Shown here: piece by piece, positions 19,675 to 28,623 of the stretch
Layout: each line of letters opens with the position of its first letter
Position numbering within the stretch: the stretch's first letter is position 1
Virus record (IMG/VR): IMGVR_UViG_3300023110_000023
Coordinates: 14,302 to 78,301 of that record
Reading direction: 5' to 3' (one strand)
DNA: 64,000 nucleotides
Source of the DNA: a virus
Position numbers and translations under genes: made by a program
Notes under the pieces: generated by a model
Database searches by the model: none
Told to the model about the DNA's origin: nothing
What the model saw: the letters and a program-made list of their open reading frames with translations, nothing else

Positions 19675-21486
19675 TCAATTGGACAGCCCAGCGGCGACTC
19701 GTAGTGTAGCAAGTGGGTCGGGTGCTTGTCGCCCGACTGACAGGCTCATCTCCGTTCCGTTGGTGTCCATTGTCCACTTGACATCAAAGACCCTGTGGCG
19801 ACCCGACAGGCCAGCATCACGGGATGCGAACTCCATCACATCACCAACCGAGATGTCCAGCCTTTCGGGGATTCCCTCAACGACCCAGCGAGCAAGCGAC
19901 GCGCCCTGCGAAGCCAGCATGGTTTCACCGACCAATATGGCTTGATGCTCGTCTGCGATGAAATCCTCACGAACCACACGCTCAACGGGCTTGGTTGGGT
20001 ATCGTGCCGAGCCGATTGCTGGAACGGACACGGAGATGCCTTTGCTGTCGTTCTTGACCTTGACCACATTGAAGCGGTGGGTATCACCCTCTTCACGCTG
20101 AATCATCGTTGGATAGAAGTCCTGTGGGACAGCGGTGCGTGGAATCCTTCCAGCGACCAGCGGGACAACCGTTGCATCATCCACCTCACGCAGTCGTTCC
20201 ATGACGAGATACCCGTGAGAATCGGCCTTCAACACGACCAAGTTCGGTGTTGAATTGATGATGGACAGGATGGACTGAATCGCGTTCAATCGCGTCTTCC
20301 CCACGAAGTCCATGTCGGCTGGAAGAATCACAAACGACTCGTTGAGGATGCGACCGATTGGCGGTGTGTATGCCGAATTGCTGATGATGTCTTTGATGAC
20401 GGTTGCCGAGTCCGACTCATAATACCCAACAGGAGAGTCCAACACTTCCCGTGTGAGATAGCCGAGCGAATCCAAAGCGATGAGTTCCAAACTCGTATTG
20501 GACTCAATAACCTCCGAAACGAATCCTGTGAACACCAGCGGTGGATTTGCCCAATGTCGTGGCGAAGCATACACTTGGACAACATCACCTTCTCGGATTG
20601 TCCCCGACCTTCGCCCTGCTGTGTTGTTGATGTCAATGTTCATTCGTGCTGGGGCGTTCATGGATTGGGTGAACGACACGGACTTCACGCCCTGCAAGTT
20701 CGTCATGCCGTTGATGACGACCACAGGGGCGCGTGGAGTCGCTTCATCCCTCGCCAGCCGACCATACAGGTTGCGATTCATGACCCTCCGAGAGCGAGCG
20801 AAGAATACCTTGTGAGCCCATCCGTTGCGAAGACCCGTGAGGCTCATTCGCTTTGGTCGGTTTGTCCATTGAAGCCCTTCGGGATTCCAGCCTCCATCGG
20901 AGAAGCCAAGACGACCGAGATTGAATGTTGGCTGGGGCAGAATGGAAGTCGGGTACGCGCCCTCCGTTGCACCTGTGGTCATGGCGAATCCACCACGACC
21001 TCCACCTCCACGCCTGTTCACGATGTCGTATTTGTCGGGGAAGCCCGATTCGGACAGGTAGTGATACCCGAAGCCCAGCGTTTCTGCCGACAGGTCGCCA
21101 TGCAAGTGTGGGTCAAACGGTCGTGGTGTGGTCAAAGAAGTGTAGCAAGCGGTGGATAGGCGGTCAAGTTCCCAACCATCGTCAAGGTCGGTCGGGTGCG
21201 GGATGAAATCAATGCCCCAATCGGTCGGATAATGCGATGGCCGTTCCATGACTTCCTTCTCGTAGTGGAACGCATCCAGCGTTGGTGCTGGCTCGTTGCG
21301 TATGGCTTCGTGAGTGTTCTCCAGCCATGTCTTTGACACCCACCGAGCGATTGCCGTTCTCGGTCGTCTTGGGTCGCTTCCAAGCCGTTCAATCTCATCC
21401 AGCAGGGGTTGGGAAGGGTTGATGACGATTTGAGCGTCAGCAGGGGCTCTCACAAGCCTGTGGAAGCGTTCCGTTTGGCTGTCCAT
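19675..21486 (-). CDS. baseplate hub / tail-tip (late control D-like) protein, inverted
   Basis: GDVVQVYAS...VFTGFVSEV...LELIALDSLGYL...DISVGDVMEF...SLSVG pattern of hub proteins; class III box CAATTAAACC 30 bp upstream on minus strand places start at MDSQTER. Confidence 0.75.
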   Translation of the reverse strand: MDSQTERFHRLVRAPADAQIVINPSQPLLDEIERLGSDPRRPRTAIARWVSKTWLENTHEAIRNEPAPTLDAFHYEKEVMERPSHYPTDWGIDFIPHPTDLDDGWELDRLSTACYTSLTTPRPFDPHLHGDLSAETLGFGYHYLSESGFPDKYDIVNRRGGGGRGGFAMTTGATEGAYPTSILPQPTFNLGRLGFSDGGWNPEGLQWTNRPKRMSLTGLRNGWAHKVFFARSRRVMNRNLYGRLARDEATPRAPVVVINGMTNLQGVKSVSFTQSMNAPARMNIDINNTAGRRSGTIREGDVVQVYASPRHWANPPLVFTGFVSEVIESNTSLELIALDSLGYLTREVLDSPVGYYESDSATVIKDIISNSAYTPPIGRILNESFVILPADMDFVGKTRLNAIQSILSIINSTPNLVVLKADSHGYLVMERLREVDDATVVPLVAGRIPRTAVPQDFYPTMIQREEGDTHRFNVVKVKNDSKGISVSVPAIGSARYPTKPVERVVREDFIADEHQAILVGETMLASQGASLARWVVEGIPERLDISVGDVMEFASRDAGLSGRHRVFDVKWTMDTNGTEMSLSVGRQAPDPLATLRVAAGLSN

Positions 21487-21509
21487 ACCCAACCCACTAC
21501 GCATTCGGT

Positions 21510-21794
21510 TTAATTGGCTGACGAATGATGGGGACTGTTGAGATTCCGAGCAGGGCATTGACTTGATATTGCGAGCATTGACTTGAGATTCCGACATCGT
21601 ATCAATGAACGAAGTGTTTTTATTCCAATCATTTGTGTGCCTTCGGCACACAACCCCAAAGAATCAAACGAACAGGGGTGCTGAAAGACATACACTTTGG
21701 TCAATATGTGTGTGTTCTAAGGAAGGTGCAATTCCAATCATTTAGGACATTGATGAAGCAAAGCATTGATAAGGTAGTGTGTGCTGGGCAGGGC
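21510..21794. other. non-coding regulatory island with repeated boxes and a perfect hairpin
   Basis: Three TTGA(T/G)ATT(C/G)CGA boxes, GCATTGACTTGA x2, ATTCCAATCATTT x2, inverted repeat TTGTGTGCC-TTC-GGCACACAA at 21633-21653. Confidence 0.6.
21748..21775 (+). promoter_or_regulatory. class I double-box promoter
   Basis: CATTGATGAAGCAAAGCATTGATAAGG; ATG 21795 at +29. Confidence 0.7.
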
Positions 21795-22139
21795 ATGACC
21801 AGCCAACACGGTGAGAAGTCGTATCACACGACTACGACCAAAACCCCGAAGGGTGATGTGTCGTATGGTCGCATCAAGTTCGCTGACTGCGTTCACCACT
21901 ACACCCTCAAAGACCAATACCACACTTTTGTCGTTGAAATCTATGACCTCAAGGGCAACCTCATCACGATAGGCGATGAAATGGACATCATGCCCAAAGA
22001 ACGCCACCAGCACCGACCAACACGAAGCCATGCAATCATGATGGCGAAGTCAATGGTGGAATATCACCTCAATGACGATTATCCTCTTTGGACACCAAGC
22101 GGTTGGACAACCGACCCAACGGCATACGGAATTGAATGA
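21795..22139 (+). CDS. hypothetical protein (class I cassette)
   Basis: MTSQHGEKSYH...; start chosen from promoter spacing. Confidence 0.7.
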   Translation: MTSQHGEKSYHTTTTKTPKGDVSYGRIKFADCVHHYTLKDQYHTFVVEIYDLKGNLITIGDEMDIMPKERHQHRPTRSHAIMMAKSMVEYHLNDDYPLWTPSGWTTDPTAYGIE

Positions 22140-22152
22140 AGGAGATGAGAAC

Positions 22153-22437
22153 ATGGGCAAGACGCACAGGTATCACGGAAGGGAAAATGGAAATGATGCG
22201 AAGTTCCACCGATGGTGGCGAAAGGTTGAGGGGCGGGTCTTCCGAAAGGACAACGACCGAATCCGAACTGCCCAACACGCATCTGCGACCGCGAACGAGG
22301 AAGGAATCCGACTCAAGAGCCGAAACCTCCGTGTGCCTCGCAGACCAAAGACTCACGGCTACGGCTTTACGCCACACCCGTTCCCCCTTGACCAATACGC
22401 AGATGGCTGTTTGATAACGGTGGGCGAACCTCGCTGA
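22153..22437 (+). CDS. Arg-rich hypothetical protein
   Basis: SD GGAG before ATG; MGKTHRYHGRENG... Confidence 0.5.
   Translation: MGKTHRYHGRENGNDAKFHRWWRKVEGRVFRKDNDRIRTAQHASATANEEGIRLKSRNLRVPRRPKTHGYGFTPHPFPLDQYADGCLITVGEPR
22411..22424 (+). promoter_or_regulatory. class II (putative middle) promoter TTGATAACGGTGGG
   Basis: 30 bp before helicase ATG; motif recurs about 15 times. Confidence 0.75.
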
Positions 22438-22440
22438 CAC

Positions 22441-24192
22441 ATGGCGGTCGTGCAAATCAACATTCCGAGCAAGGCGACCTTGCCGAATGAGTGGGAAAAA
22501 ATCCGACCTCACTTCCCCCTGCCCTCGCCACGAAGGTATCAAGACGATGCCCTCTCGGTCGTGTGGTGGGCGTTGGACAACGATGACTTTGACAATGTGG
22601 TGATTGAAGCACCGACAGGAATCGGCAAGTCAGCGATTGCGATGACGGTGCAAGCACGATTTCAGTCAGCATATTTGCTGTCCCCATCGCTCGGACTGAC
22701 CGACCAATATAAACGGGACTACGGCTCGGTTCTCAAAGAGGTTCGTGGTCGTGGGAACTTTCCATGCTGGGTGCGTGAAGGCACAGCAACCAACGCGCCC
22801 TGCTATTCGGCCAAGAGCAAGCAGAAGTGCGTTCATGCGAAGGAAGCCGACCCCTGCCCGTATTATGCACAGAAGTTTGAGGCGAGGGATGCGAGGCTCA
22901 CGCTGTCCAATCCATCGTATCTGTTCCGTGTGATTCAATCGCCCGATGGGACATTTGACCAGCGGGACTTCGCCATCATTGACGAGGCTCACCAATTAGA
23001 ACCGTTCTTCATGGACTTGATGGAAGTCGTCATCAACCACGCTGACTTCACCAGCGTCTTCGGGGCGCGCTATCCGTTCCCCATGCACTATCACCCAGCC
23101 GATTGGAAGGATTCGGTCAGCAAACTCTTGGAGGGCGCGATGGGAACATTGGAGAAGGCTGAATCGGACAAAGACGAGAATGTGATTGATGCGATGCGAA
23201 CCATCATTGACAAATGCGCGACCTTGCTGGAACTGTTGGAGAATCCAAACGATGTGGTTATTGAGTCCGATACGGACAAACGAGGCAAGCAACGGATGGT
23301 GGCGAAACCTGTCCGAGTGAACAAAATCGCGCCCGACCGATTGGAAGCAATATCGCGAAAGCGGATTCTGCTGTCAGCCACCATCTTGGACATTGACACA
23401 TACCTCAAGTCGCTGGGGCTGGAGAATCACAAAACGCTGTATGTGAAAATCACGCAATCACCCTTCCCGAAGGAGAACTTCAATGTGTATGTCGCGCCCT
23501 GCGGGGAGATGTCATACAGCCGAAGGGAGAAGTCCCTGCCTCGTCAAATCAAAGCCATCTCCGCCATCATGGAACGATTCCCGAACAAGCGGGGAGTCAT
23601 CCTCCCTCACACCCACGCCATTCGCAAGACCATCGTGGAGGGTCTGCAAGCGAGAGGATTGGGCGACCGCATCATCACCCACGACAGCAACGGAATCGGG
23701 CGACAACACGCCCTTGACGAGTTCTTTTCATCCAAGCGAGATGACTTGGTGCTTATCTCCACCTATGTGGGCGAGGGCTTTGACTTCAAAGGTCGGCTGG
23801 CGGAATGGCTGGTCATCTCCAAAGTCCCGTTCCCGTTCACGCCCGACCCTCAAATCGCACAGCGAATGGAACAGGATGAACACCAATGGCGAAGGGAACA
23901 CGAAGGCACACCAGCGTGTCCGTATATGCCTCCGAACAAATACAGCGGGAATCTGTGTTCAAACCGCTGGGGATGCAACCAGCCGTGTCAAAATTGGTTC
24001 AACCTCCAAGTCGCCCTGCGACTGATTCAAGGGGCAGGGAGAATCAACAGAACGCCCGATGATGTCGGCCACCTGTTCATCTTGGATGGGTCGTTCCAGC
24101 GATATTTCAACACGAATGCTCACCTATTCCCTGCGTGGTTTCACAACGCCAAACAGGATGCACCGTCATGGTTGAAAAGACACTTGAAATGA
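22441..24192 (+). CDS. DinG/Rad3/XPD-family SF2 helicase
   Basis: Q-motif PRRYQ, EAPTGIGKS, Cys cluster (RGRGNFPC...C...C...CPY), IIDEAH, LLSAT, EGFDF, QGAGRINR. Confidence 0.93.
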   Translation: MAVVQINIPSKATLPNEWEKIRPHFPLPSPRRYQDDALSVVWWALDNDDFDNVVIEAPTGIGKSAIAMTVQARFQSAYLLSPSLGLTDQYKRDYGSVLKEVRGRGNFPCWVREGTATNAPCYSAKSKQKCVHAKEADPCPYYAQKFEARDARLTLSNPSYLFRVIQSPDGTFDQRDFAIIDEAHQLEPFFMDLMEVVINHADFTSVFGARYPFPMHYHPADWKDSVSKLLEGAMGTLEKAESDKDENVIDAMRTIIDKCATLLELLENPNDVVIESDTDKRGKQRMVAKPVRVNKIAPDRLEAISRKRILLSATILDIDTYLKSLGLENHKTLYVKITQSPFPKENFNVYVAPCGEMSYSRREKSLPRQIKAISAIMERFPNKRGVILPHTHAIRKTIVEGLQARGLGDRIITHDSNGIGRQHALDEFFSSKRDDLVLISTYVGEGFDFKGRLAEWLVISKVPFPFTPDPQIAQRMEQDEHQWRREHEGTPACPYMPPNKYSGNLCSNRWGCNQPCQNWFNLQVALRLIQGAGRINRTPDDVGHLFILDGSFQRYFNTNAHLFPAWFHNAKQDAPSWLKRHLK

Positions 24193-24222
24193 CATTGATA
24201 CAGCGAAGCATTGATAAGGGGG
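24193..24222 (+). promoter_or_regulatory. class I double-box promoter
   Basis: CATTGATACAGCGAAGCATTGATAAGGGGG. Confidence 0.7.
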
Positions 24223-24252
24223 TTTTGCATGGGAGGGTTGAGGCGAACCAAT

Positions 24253-24432
24253 ATGTTCCGAGCAGACGCAATCATGGAAGAGATTTTGACCTTGCAGAAG
24301 AAACTTGACACTTGCACCCGCAGTCAAGCACACTCCATCTGCAAGAAAATCACGAAACTTGAAGCCGAATACGACCGCTTGACCGCATCCCCATTTGAGA
24401 TGCTGTTGAAGAAACAAAAGGAGATGAACTGA
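24253..24432 (+). CDS. small coiled-coil hypothetical protein
   Basis: MFRADAIMEEILTLQKK...; first gene after class I promoter. Confidence 0.6.
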   Translation: MFRADAIMEEILTLQKKLDTCTRSQAHSICKKITKLEAEYDRLTASPFEMLLKKQKEMN

Positions 24433-24732
24433 ATGACCGCACCGATTTACATTGAATACGGCGACTGCGACGAGAACCTTGAGAGGTTTGACAGCATCGT
24501 GCAAGCAACCAAGCGAGCGAAGGATTTGAAGGCACAGGGACACGCCCGTGTTTGCATTTTCAACGAGAGCGATTCCCACTACACCGATTGGTGTGCAACC
24601 GTTGTCATCCGTGAGGATGGTTTGGTTGAACTCAACCACTTCAACGACATGAGCAAATCGCTCTATGAATCCGACTACGCCAACCACATGGCTAAGGCCA
24701 TTGACTTTGTTATCAATCGGGGGATGAACTGA
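24433..24732 (+). CDS. hypothetical protein
   Basis: Abuts neighbours; SD GGAG; flanked by 15-bp direct repeats. Confidence 0.7.
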   Translation: MTAPIYIEYGDCDENLERFDSIVQATKRAKDLKAQGHARVCIFNESDSHYTDWCATVVIREDGLVELNHFNDMSKSLYESDYANHMAKAIDFVINRGMN

Positions 24733-25824
24733 ATGACGAATGAAATCCTAAGACGACAGGCAATCCGCTGGAAGAAGCAAGAGGCGAAGGGCGAGATGCC
24801 CTCCGAACTGTATGACGCACTCTCCGAAGGCACAGCCTCCGCGTACGAGAAGCGAATCGTTGTGAACCTCGCCAAAATCTCACGCATCGTGTCCGACACG
24901 GGCGCGATTCGCCCGTATTCCGAGTTCAGCAAGGATTGGAACTACGAGGGCTCGGTGTATGGACACACCGACAATTGCGAACTGTGCGGTGCATCCATCA
25001 AGGAGAACTGCAAACTCAAGAATGACGACACAGGCGACCAAATCCTCATCGGGAATGTGTGCGTGTATCGCTACATTGAGATTCGTGATTCGCTCGGTCG
25101 TGTGCTGTCGGATGAAGAAAAGAAGGAGTTCTTGAAGTCCGAGATGACCGAAGCCAAGAAGGAGTTCCTTCGGGCTGACTTCGCCACGCGATTCCCAACG
25201 GCACTTGCTGACCTTCAACGCTGGAAGCCGTTCATGACACGCAAGTGGTCGCCACACGCATCGCTATACCGCACAGTCGTCAAGAGGCTGGCTACACACG
25301 GCTATTTGGGTGCGAAGACCATGAAGGCGTGGGAAGACTTCTGCCTCAACGCTGAACAGGAGATGCAAGCATGGGAACGAAGGAACGAATTAGTCGCTCT
25401 CCAGCGACACGCTAACCTTGAGGCTGACATTGAACGCAAGAAGGCGTTCCTCGCTCAAATCAACGAGAAGCGAAACCAATTCAACCGTGAGGCTGACGAG
25501 TGGCGAGAATCCGTCAAGGACTTGGAACTCAACCGCTGGGAACGGGACATGGTGAGCCGTGTAGCAACCAAAATCAGCACATCGGGCAAGGATTCGTTGG
25601 TCGGTGGCTATCTCCGATTCACACAGGAGTGCAAGGCTCGCACCAACATCAACAGCGATGACCTGCCTCCTGTCGCAGTCAAACTCCAAGCCCGTCTTGA
25701 TGACGGCTCGCTCAACGAGTGGGAACAGTCCTTCGTGGCTTCTGTGATTCCTCGCATCGCTACGGGTCGCTCGCTGTCCAGCAAGCAACAGCAGGTCGTG
25801 GACAGGCTCTTGAAGAAGGTGTGA
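24733..25824 (+). CDS. hypothetical protein with Zn-binding motif and coiled-coil
   Basis: CELCG...IGNVCV motif; C-term LNEWEQSFVASV...LSSKQ helical domain. Confidence 0.8.
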   Translation: MTNEILRRQAIRWKKQEAKGEMPSELYDALSEGTASAYEKRIVVNLAKISRIVSDTGAIRPYSEFSKDWNYEGSVYGHTDNCELCGASIKENCKLKNDDTGDQILIGNVCVYRYIEIRDSLGRVLSDEEKKEFLKSEMTEAKKEFLRADFATRFPTALADLQRWKPFMTRKWSPHASLYRTVVKRLATHGYLGAKTMKAWEDFCLNAEQEMQAWERRNELVALQRHANLEADIERKKAFLAQINEKRNQFNREADEWRESVKDLELNRWERDMVSRVATKISTSGKDSLVGGYLRFTQECKARTNINSDDLPPVAVKLQARLDDGSLNEWEQSFVASVIPRIATGRSLSSKQQQVVDRLLKKV

Positions 25825-25829
25825 GCATC

Positions 25830-26093
25830 ATGGAACGAGAACCCCACTATCCCAGCCATGTCGTTGCACCAGCATTGGATGGCTCAACGGGCGCGGTCAA
25901 GGAAGTCATCCAAGTCATCCAAAACCAAACCTGTCGGAAGTGCGGTGAACAGGGTCAGCACATCGTTGCCTTCGTATTGAAGCCAATAGAGTCCTATCCC
26001 AACCATGTCATCTGTCATCAAGGCTGTTCGGCTCATTGGTCAATGCGTGAAATCGGTTTCTTGGACATCGCTGGCTCATCCGAATCGGAGTGA
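25830..26093 (+). CDS. Zn-ribbon hypothetical protein
   Basis: CRKCG...CHQGC; SD-like AGGTGTG. Confidence 0.6.
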   Translation: MEREPHYPSHVVAPALDGSTGAVKEVIQVIQNQTCRKCGEQGQHIVAFVLKPIESYPNHVICHQGCSAHWSMREIGFLDIAGSSESE

Positions 26094-26107
26094 AAAGTGG
26101 TCAAAAC

Positions 26108-26140
26108 CATTGATATTCTGCAAAGCATTGATATACCCCC
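26108..26140 (+). promoter_or_regulatory. class I double-box promoter
   Basis: CATTGATATTCTGCAAAGCATTGATATACCCCC; ATG 26158 at +30. Confidence 0.75.
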
Positions 26141-26157
26141 GCTTGCTACCATTGACC

Positions 26158-26538
26158 ATGACCCAAGCACAAAACCATGACGGACACTACCTTGACCTCA
26201 TCACCCACAAGGGACTTGACCACTTCGTTTGGAAGAACAAGGAACACAAAATTGTCGCTCACGACAAGCACATCGTTGGTCATGTGTTCCAAAGCGGAAC
26301 GGTCAAAATCCACGCTCGCTCTTGCCGAGCCGTCAAAATGGAACGCCGAGGAACTGCCCCTCGCTGTCAGCGTGAAGGGAATGTGGACTATGTGTTTCAC
26401 GGCATGACCGTTGCCGAGATTGCACACGAACACTTCCAAGACATCATCAGCGAGAACATGACCGCAGAAGAAGCAATCGGATTCATGGACAAAGAAGCCG
26501 TGTGCAATTGTGTTCGCAAGCACTACAACATGGCTTGA
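26158..26538 (+). CDS. hypothetical protein (class I cassette)
   Basis: MTQAQNHDGHY...; HARSC and CNC motifs. Confidence 0.7.
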   Translation: MTQAQNHDGHYLDLITHKGLDHFVWKNKEHKIVAHDKHIVGHVFQSGTVKIHARSCRAVKMERRGTAPRCQREGNVDYVFHGMTVAEIAHEHFQDIISENMTAEEAIGFMDKEAVCNCVRKHYNMA

Positions 26539-26550
26539 GCCCACACCGAC

Positions 26551-26577
26551 TTCATAATGGTGGGGCGACTCCCCACC
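26551..26577 (+). promoter_or_regulatory. class II promoter with downstream palindrome
   Basis: TTCATAATGGTGGGG-CGACT-CCCCACC; ATG 26582 at +31. Confidence 0.7.
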
Positions 26578-26581
26578 AGCC

Positions 26582-28612
26582 ATGAGTGAGAGCGAAGCAC
26601 CCATTGAAGTCCGACAGTCAGCGACATCGGCACAGCGATACGAGGCGACCGTCTGTGGTCGCAACATCAACATGACCTTCCTCTCCGCTGGGAAGGGTCG
26701 CATGGACTTCACGGTGGACTTTGATGACAAACCGCTGGGCAAGTTCAACCTGTTGAGCCAGCACTCCATCAGTCGCCTGTCCAAAGCGGTGGGCATTCCC
26801 GATTCGGAGAAGGATGACTTCAAGACAGCGATGCTTCAAGTCGGTATCTGCCTTCGTGATGGGAACTTCATCCCCGCGCCCGTTGCTGACAAAATTGAAC
26901 GAGAGGCGAGCGAATACGAGGGCTTGCCTTCCTCCTTCGGTGTTATTGAGTCCGATACGATGAACCTGTTCCTCCAGCAACCGAATCTGCTTGACCGAAT
27001 CAACGAGATTCTCCACCAATCGCGCCCGACCCCGTTTGTCGGTGATGATGCGAACCTGCTCTTGACCTTCCTCGTTTTCATGTCGTGCAAGACGGACAAC
27101 CCACTCAACCTTGAGATGATTGGTGCGTCTTCCAGCGGGAAGACATACATGACGCTCACAGCACGAAACGGGATGCCCAAGTCAATGGTCATGGTCTTGG
27201 CTGGTGCATCCAAAGAGGCACTCAAATACGACTACGATGAAGTCAGCGATGAGGGTCATTTCATCGTGAATGTTCACAACCGTTGCATCGTCATCTTGGA
27301 GAAGGATGAATCGTTCTCATTCATCAAGCGAATGAAACCGCTGATGTCGGGCGATGATGACGAACTCGTTTGGAAGACCCCAATCAAGAACGAACTGACG
27401 GGCGAGATTGAAACACGGGACTTCATCATTCGTGGTCGCCCATCGTTCATCACGCTGACCACACGCAATCCCAGCGAGGCTGAACAAATCACACGGCAAT
27501 TGCTGATGACACCCGATACGACACCCGACAAAGTGGAGGCTGTGGTGTCCAATTCCCTGCTGGCGAAGGCGCGCCCCGAACTGCTTCAAATCCACCCCGA
27601 CTTGAAACTGCTTCAAGCATCCATGCTCAACCTCAAGCAACACAAAGTTCGCAACATTTTCGCACCGTTGATGGCCGAGTTCTTCCCATCTCGGAACGCA
27701 CAGCACCAGCGTGATATTCACAAAGTCCTGTCCATCATTGATGCGGTGGCTCTCATCCACCAGCAACAACGACCGATTCAAACCATCGGGGAAGACGAAT
27801 ACCTGCTGGCTTCGGTGGAAGACAATGTGATTGGGCTGTTGCTGTGCGACCTCGTTCTCCGAGCCAGCCTGTCGGGTGTTCCCGATGATTCGTGGATGGT
27901 GTTCCGCCAAATGCAAGAGATGGAAGCCAGCACACGCTCGCTGTCCGAAGACAACATTCTCCAATGGTTGCACATTCACGCCTTCTCCGTGTCCAAGAAC
28001 GCCCTCCAGCAGAAGCATTTGCCCACGCTGGAGGATGCTGGCCTAATTGAAGTCAAGAGGCGTGGAGGCGGTCGTGGAGGCGGTCGCAAGACATGGGCAA
28101 TCGTCAAGACGCGTACGGGCTTGATGGAAACCCACGCACTCGCACCACTCTTCGTTGAGTCTGCTCGCAGGGCGATTCCCGATTTGATGAAGGAGTTCAG
28201 CGATGTGCTGGAAACCAGCAATCCACCACAGGCTCGTATTCGCCCCAATAAGCAAGACCCGAAACTTCTCCAGCGAATCGGCTGTCCCTCCAAAGCCCAA
28301 GCACCGATTTGGTCGGGGCTGATTCTTCCTCACTATCTCACGGAGGGGCGCGAGTCCAGCATGATTTACGACATCGTTGGCGAAACCAAGTTCCGTGATG
28401 ACCTCTTCAACACCCGATGTGGATGGCTCAACAAAGGACAGGATTCTGCAACCGCTGAACTCCAAAAGAAGCGTGAAGTTCGTGAGAAGGTCAAGGAGGC
28501 TGTGCGAACATTTTCGTTGGACAGCGAGGATGATGACGCTTGGGAATCGCTGGCTAATGCCCACCTCTCACACCTTGATGATGGCGACTCCTTTGATAAG
28601 GGTGGGGAATGA
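26582..28612 (+). CDS. AAA+ ATPase, putative replicative (MCM-like) helicase with winged-helix C-terminus
   Basis: NLEMIGASSSGKT Walker A, VILEKDE Walker B-like, ITRQLL Arg finger-like, LEDAGLIEV wHTH; heads the replication cluster. Confidence 0.7.
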   Translation: MSESEAPIEVRQSATSAQRYEATVCGRNINMTFLSAGKGRMDFTVDFDDKPLGKFNLLSQHSISRLSKAVGIPDSEKDDFKTAMLQVGICLRDGNFIPAPVADKIEREASEYEGLPSSFGVIESDTMNLFLQQPNLLDRINEILHQSRPTPFVGDDANLLLTFLVFMSCKTDNPLNLEMIGASSSGKTYMTLTARNGMPKSMVMVLAGASKEALKYDYDEVSDEGHFIVNVHNRCIVILEKDESFSFIKRMKPLMSGDDDELVWKTPIKNELTGEIETRDFIIRGRPSFITLTTRNPSEAEQITRQLLMTPDTTPDKVEAVVSNSLLAKARPELLQIHPDLKLLQASMLNLKQHKVRNIFAPLMAEFFPSRNAQHQRDIHKVLSIIDAVALIHQQQRPIQTIGEDEYLLASVEDNVIGLLLCDLVLRASLSGVPDDSWMVFRQMQEMEASTRSLSEDNILQWLHIHAFSVSKNALQQKHLPTLEDAGLIEVKRRGGGRGGGRKTWAIVKTRTGLMETHALAPLFVESARRAIPDLMKEFSDVLETSNPPQARIRPNKQDPKLLQRIGCPSKAQAPIWSGLILPHYLTEGRESSMIYDIVGETKFRDDLFNTRCGWLNKGQDSATAELQKKREVREKVKEAVRTFSLDSEDDDAWESLANAHLSHLDDGDSFDKGGE

Positions 28613-28623
28613 ACGGTGATGAC

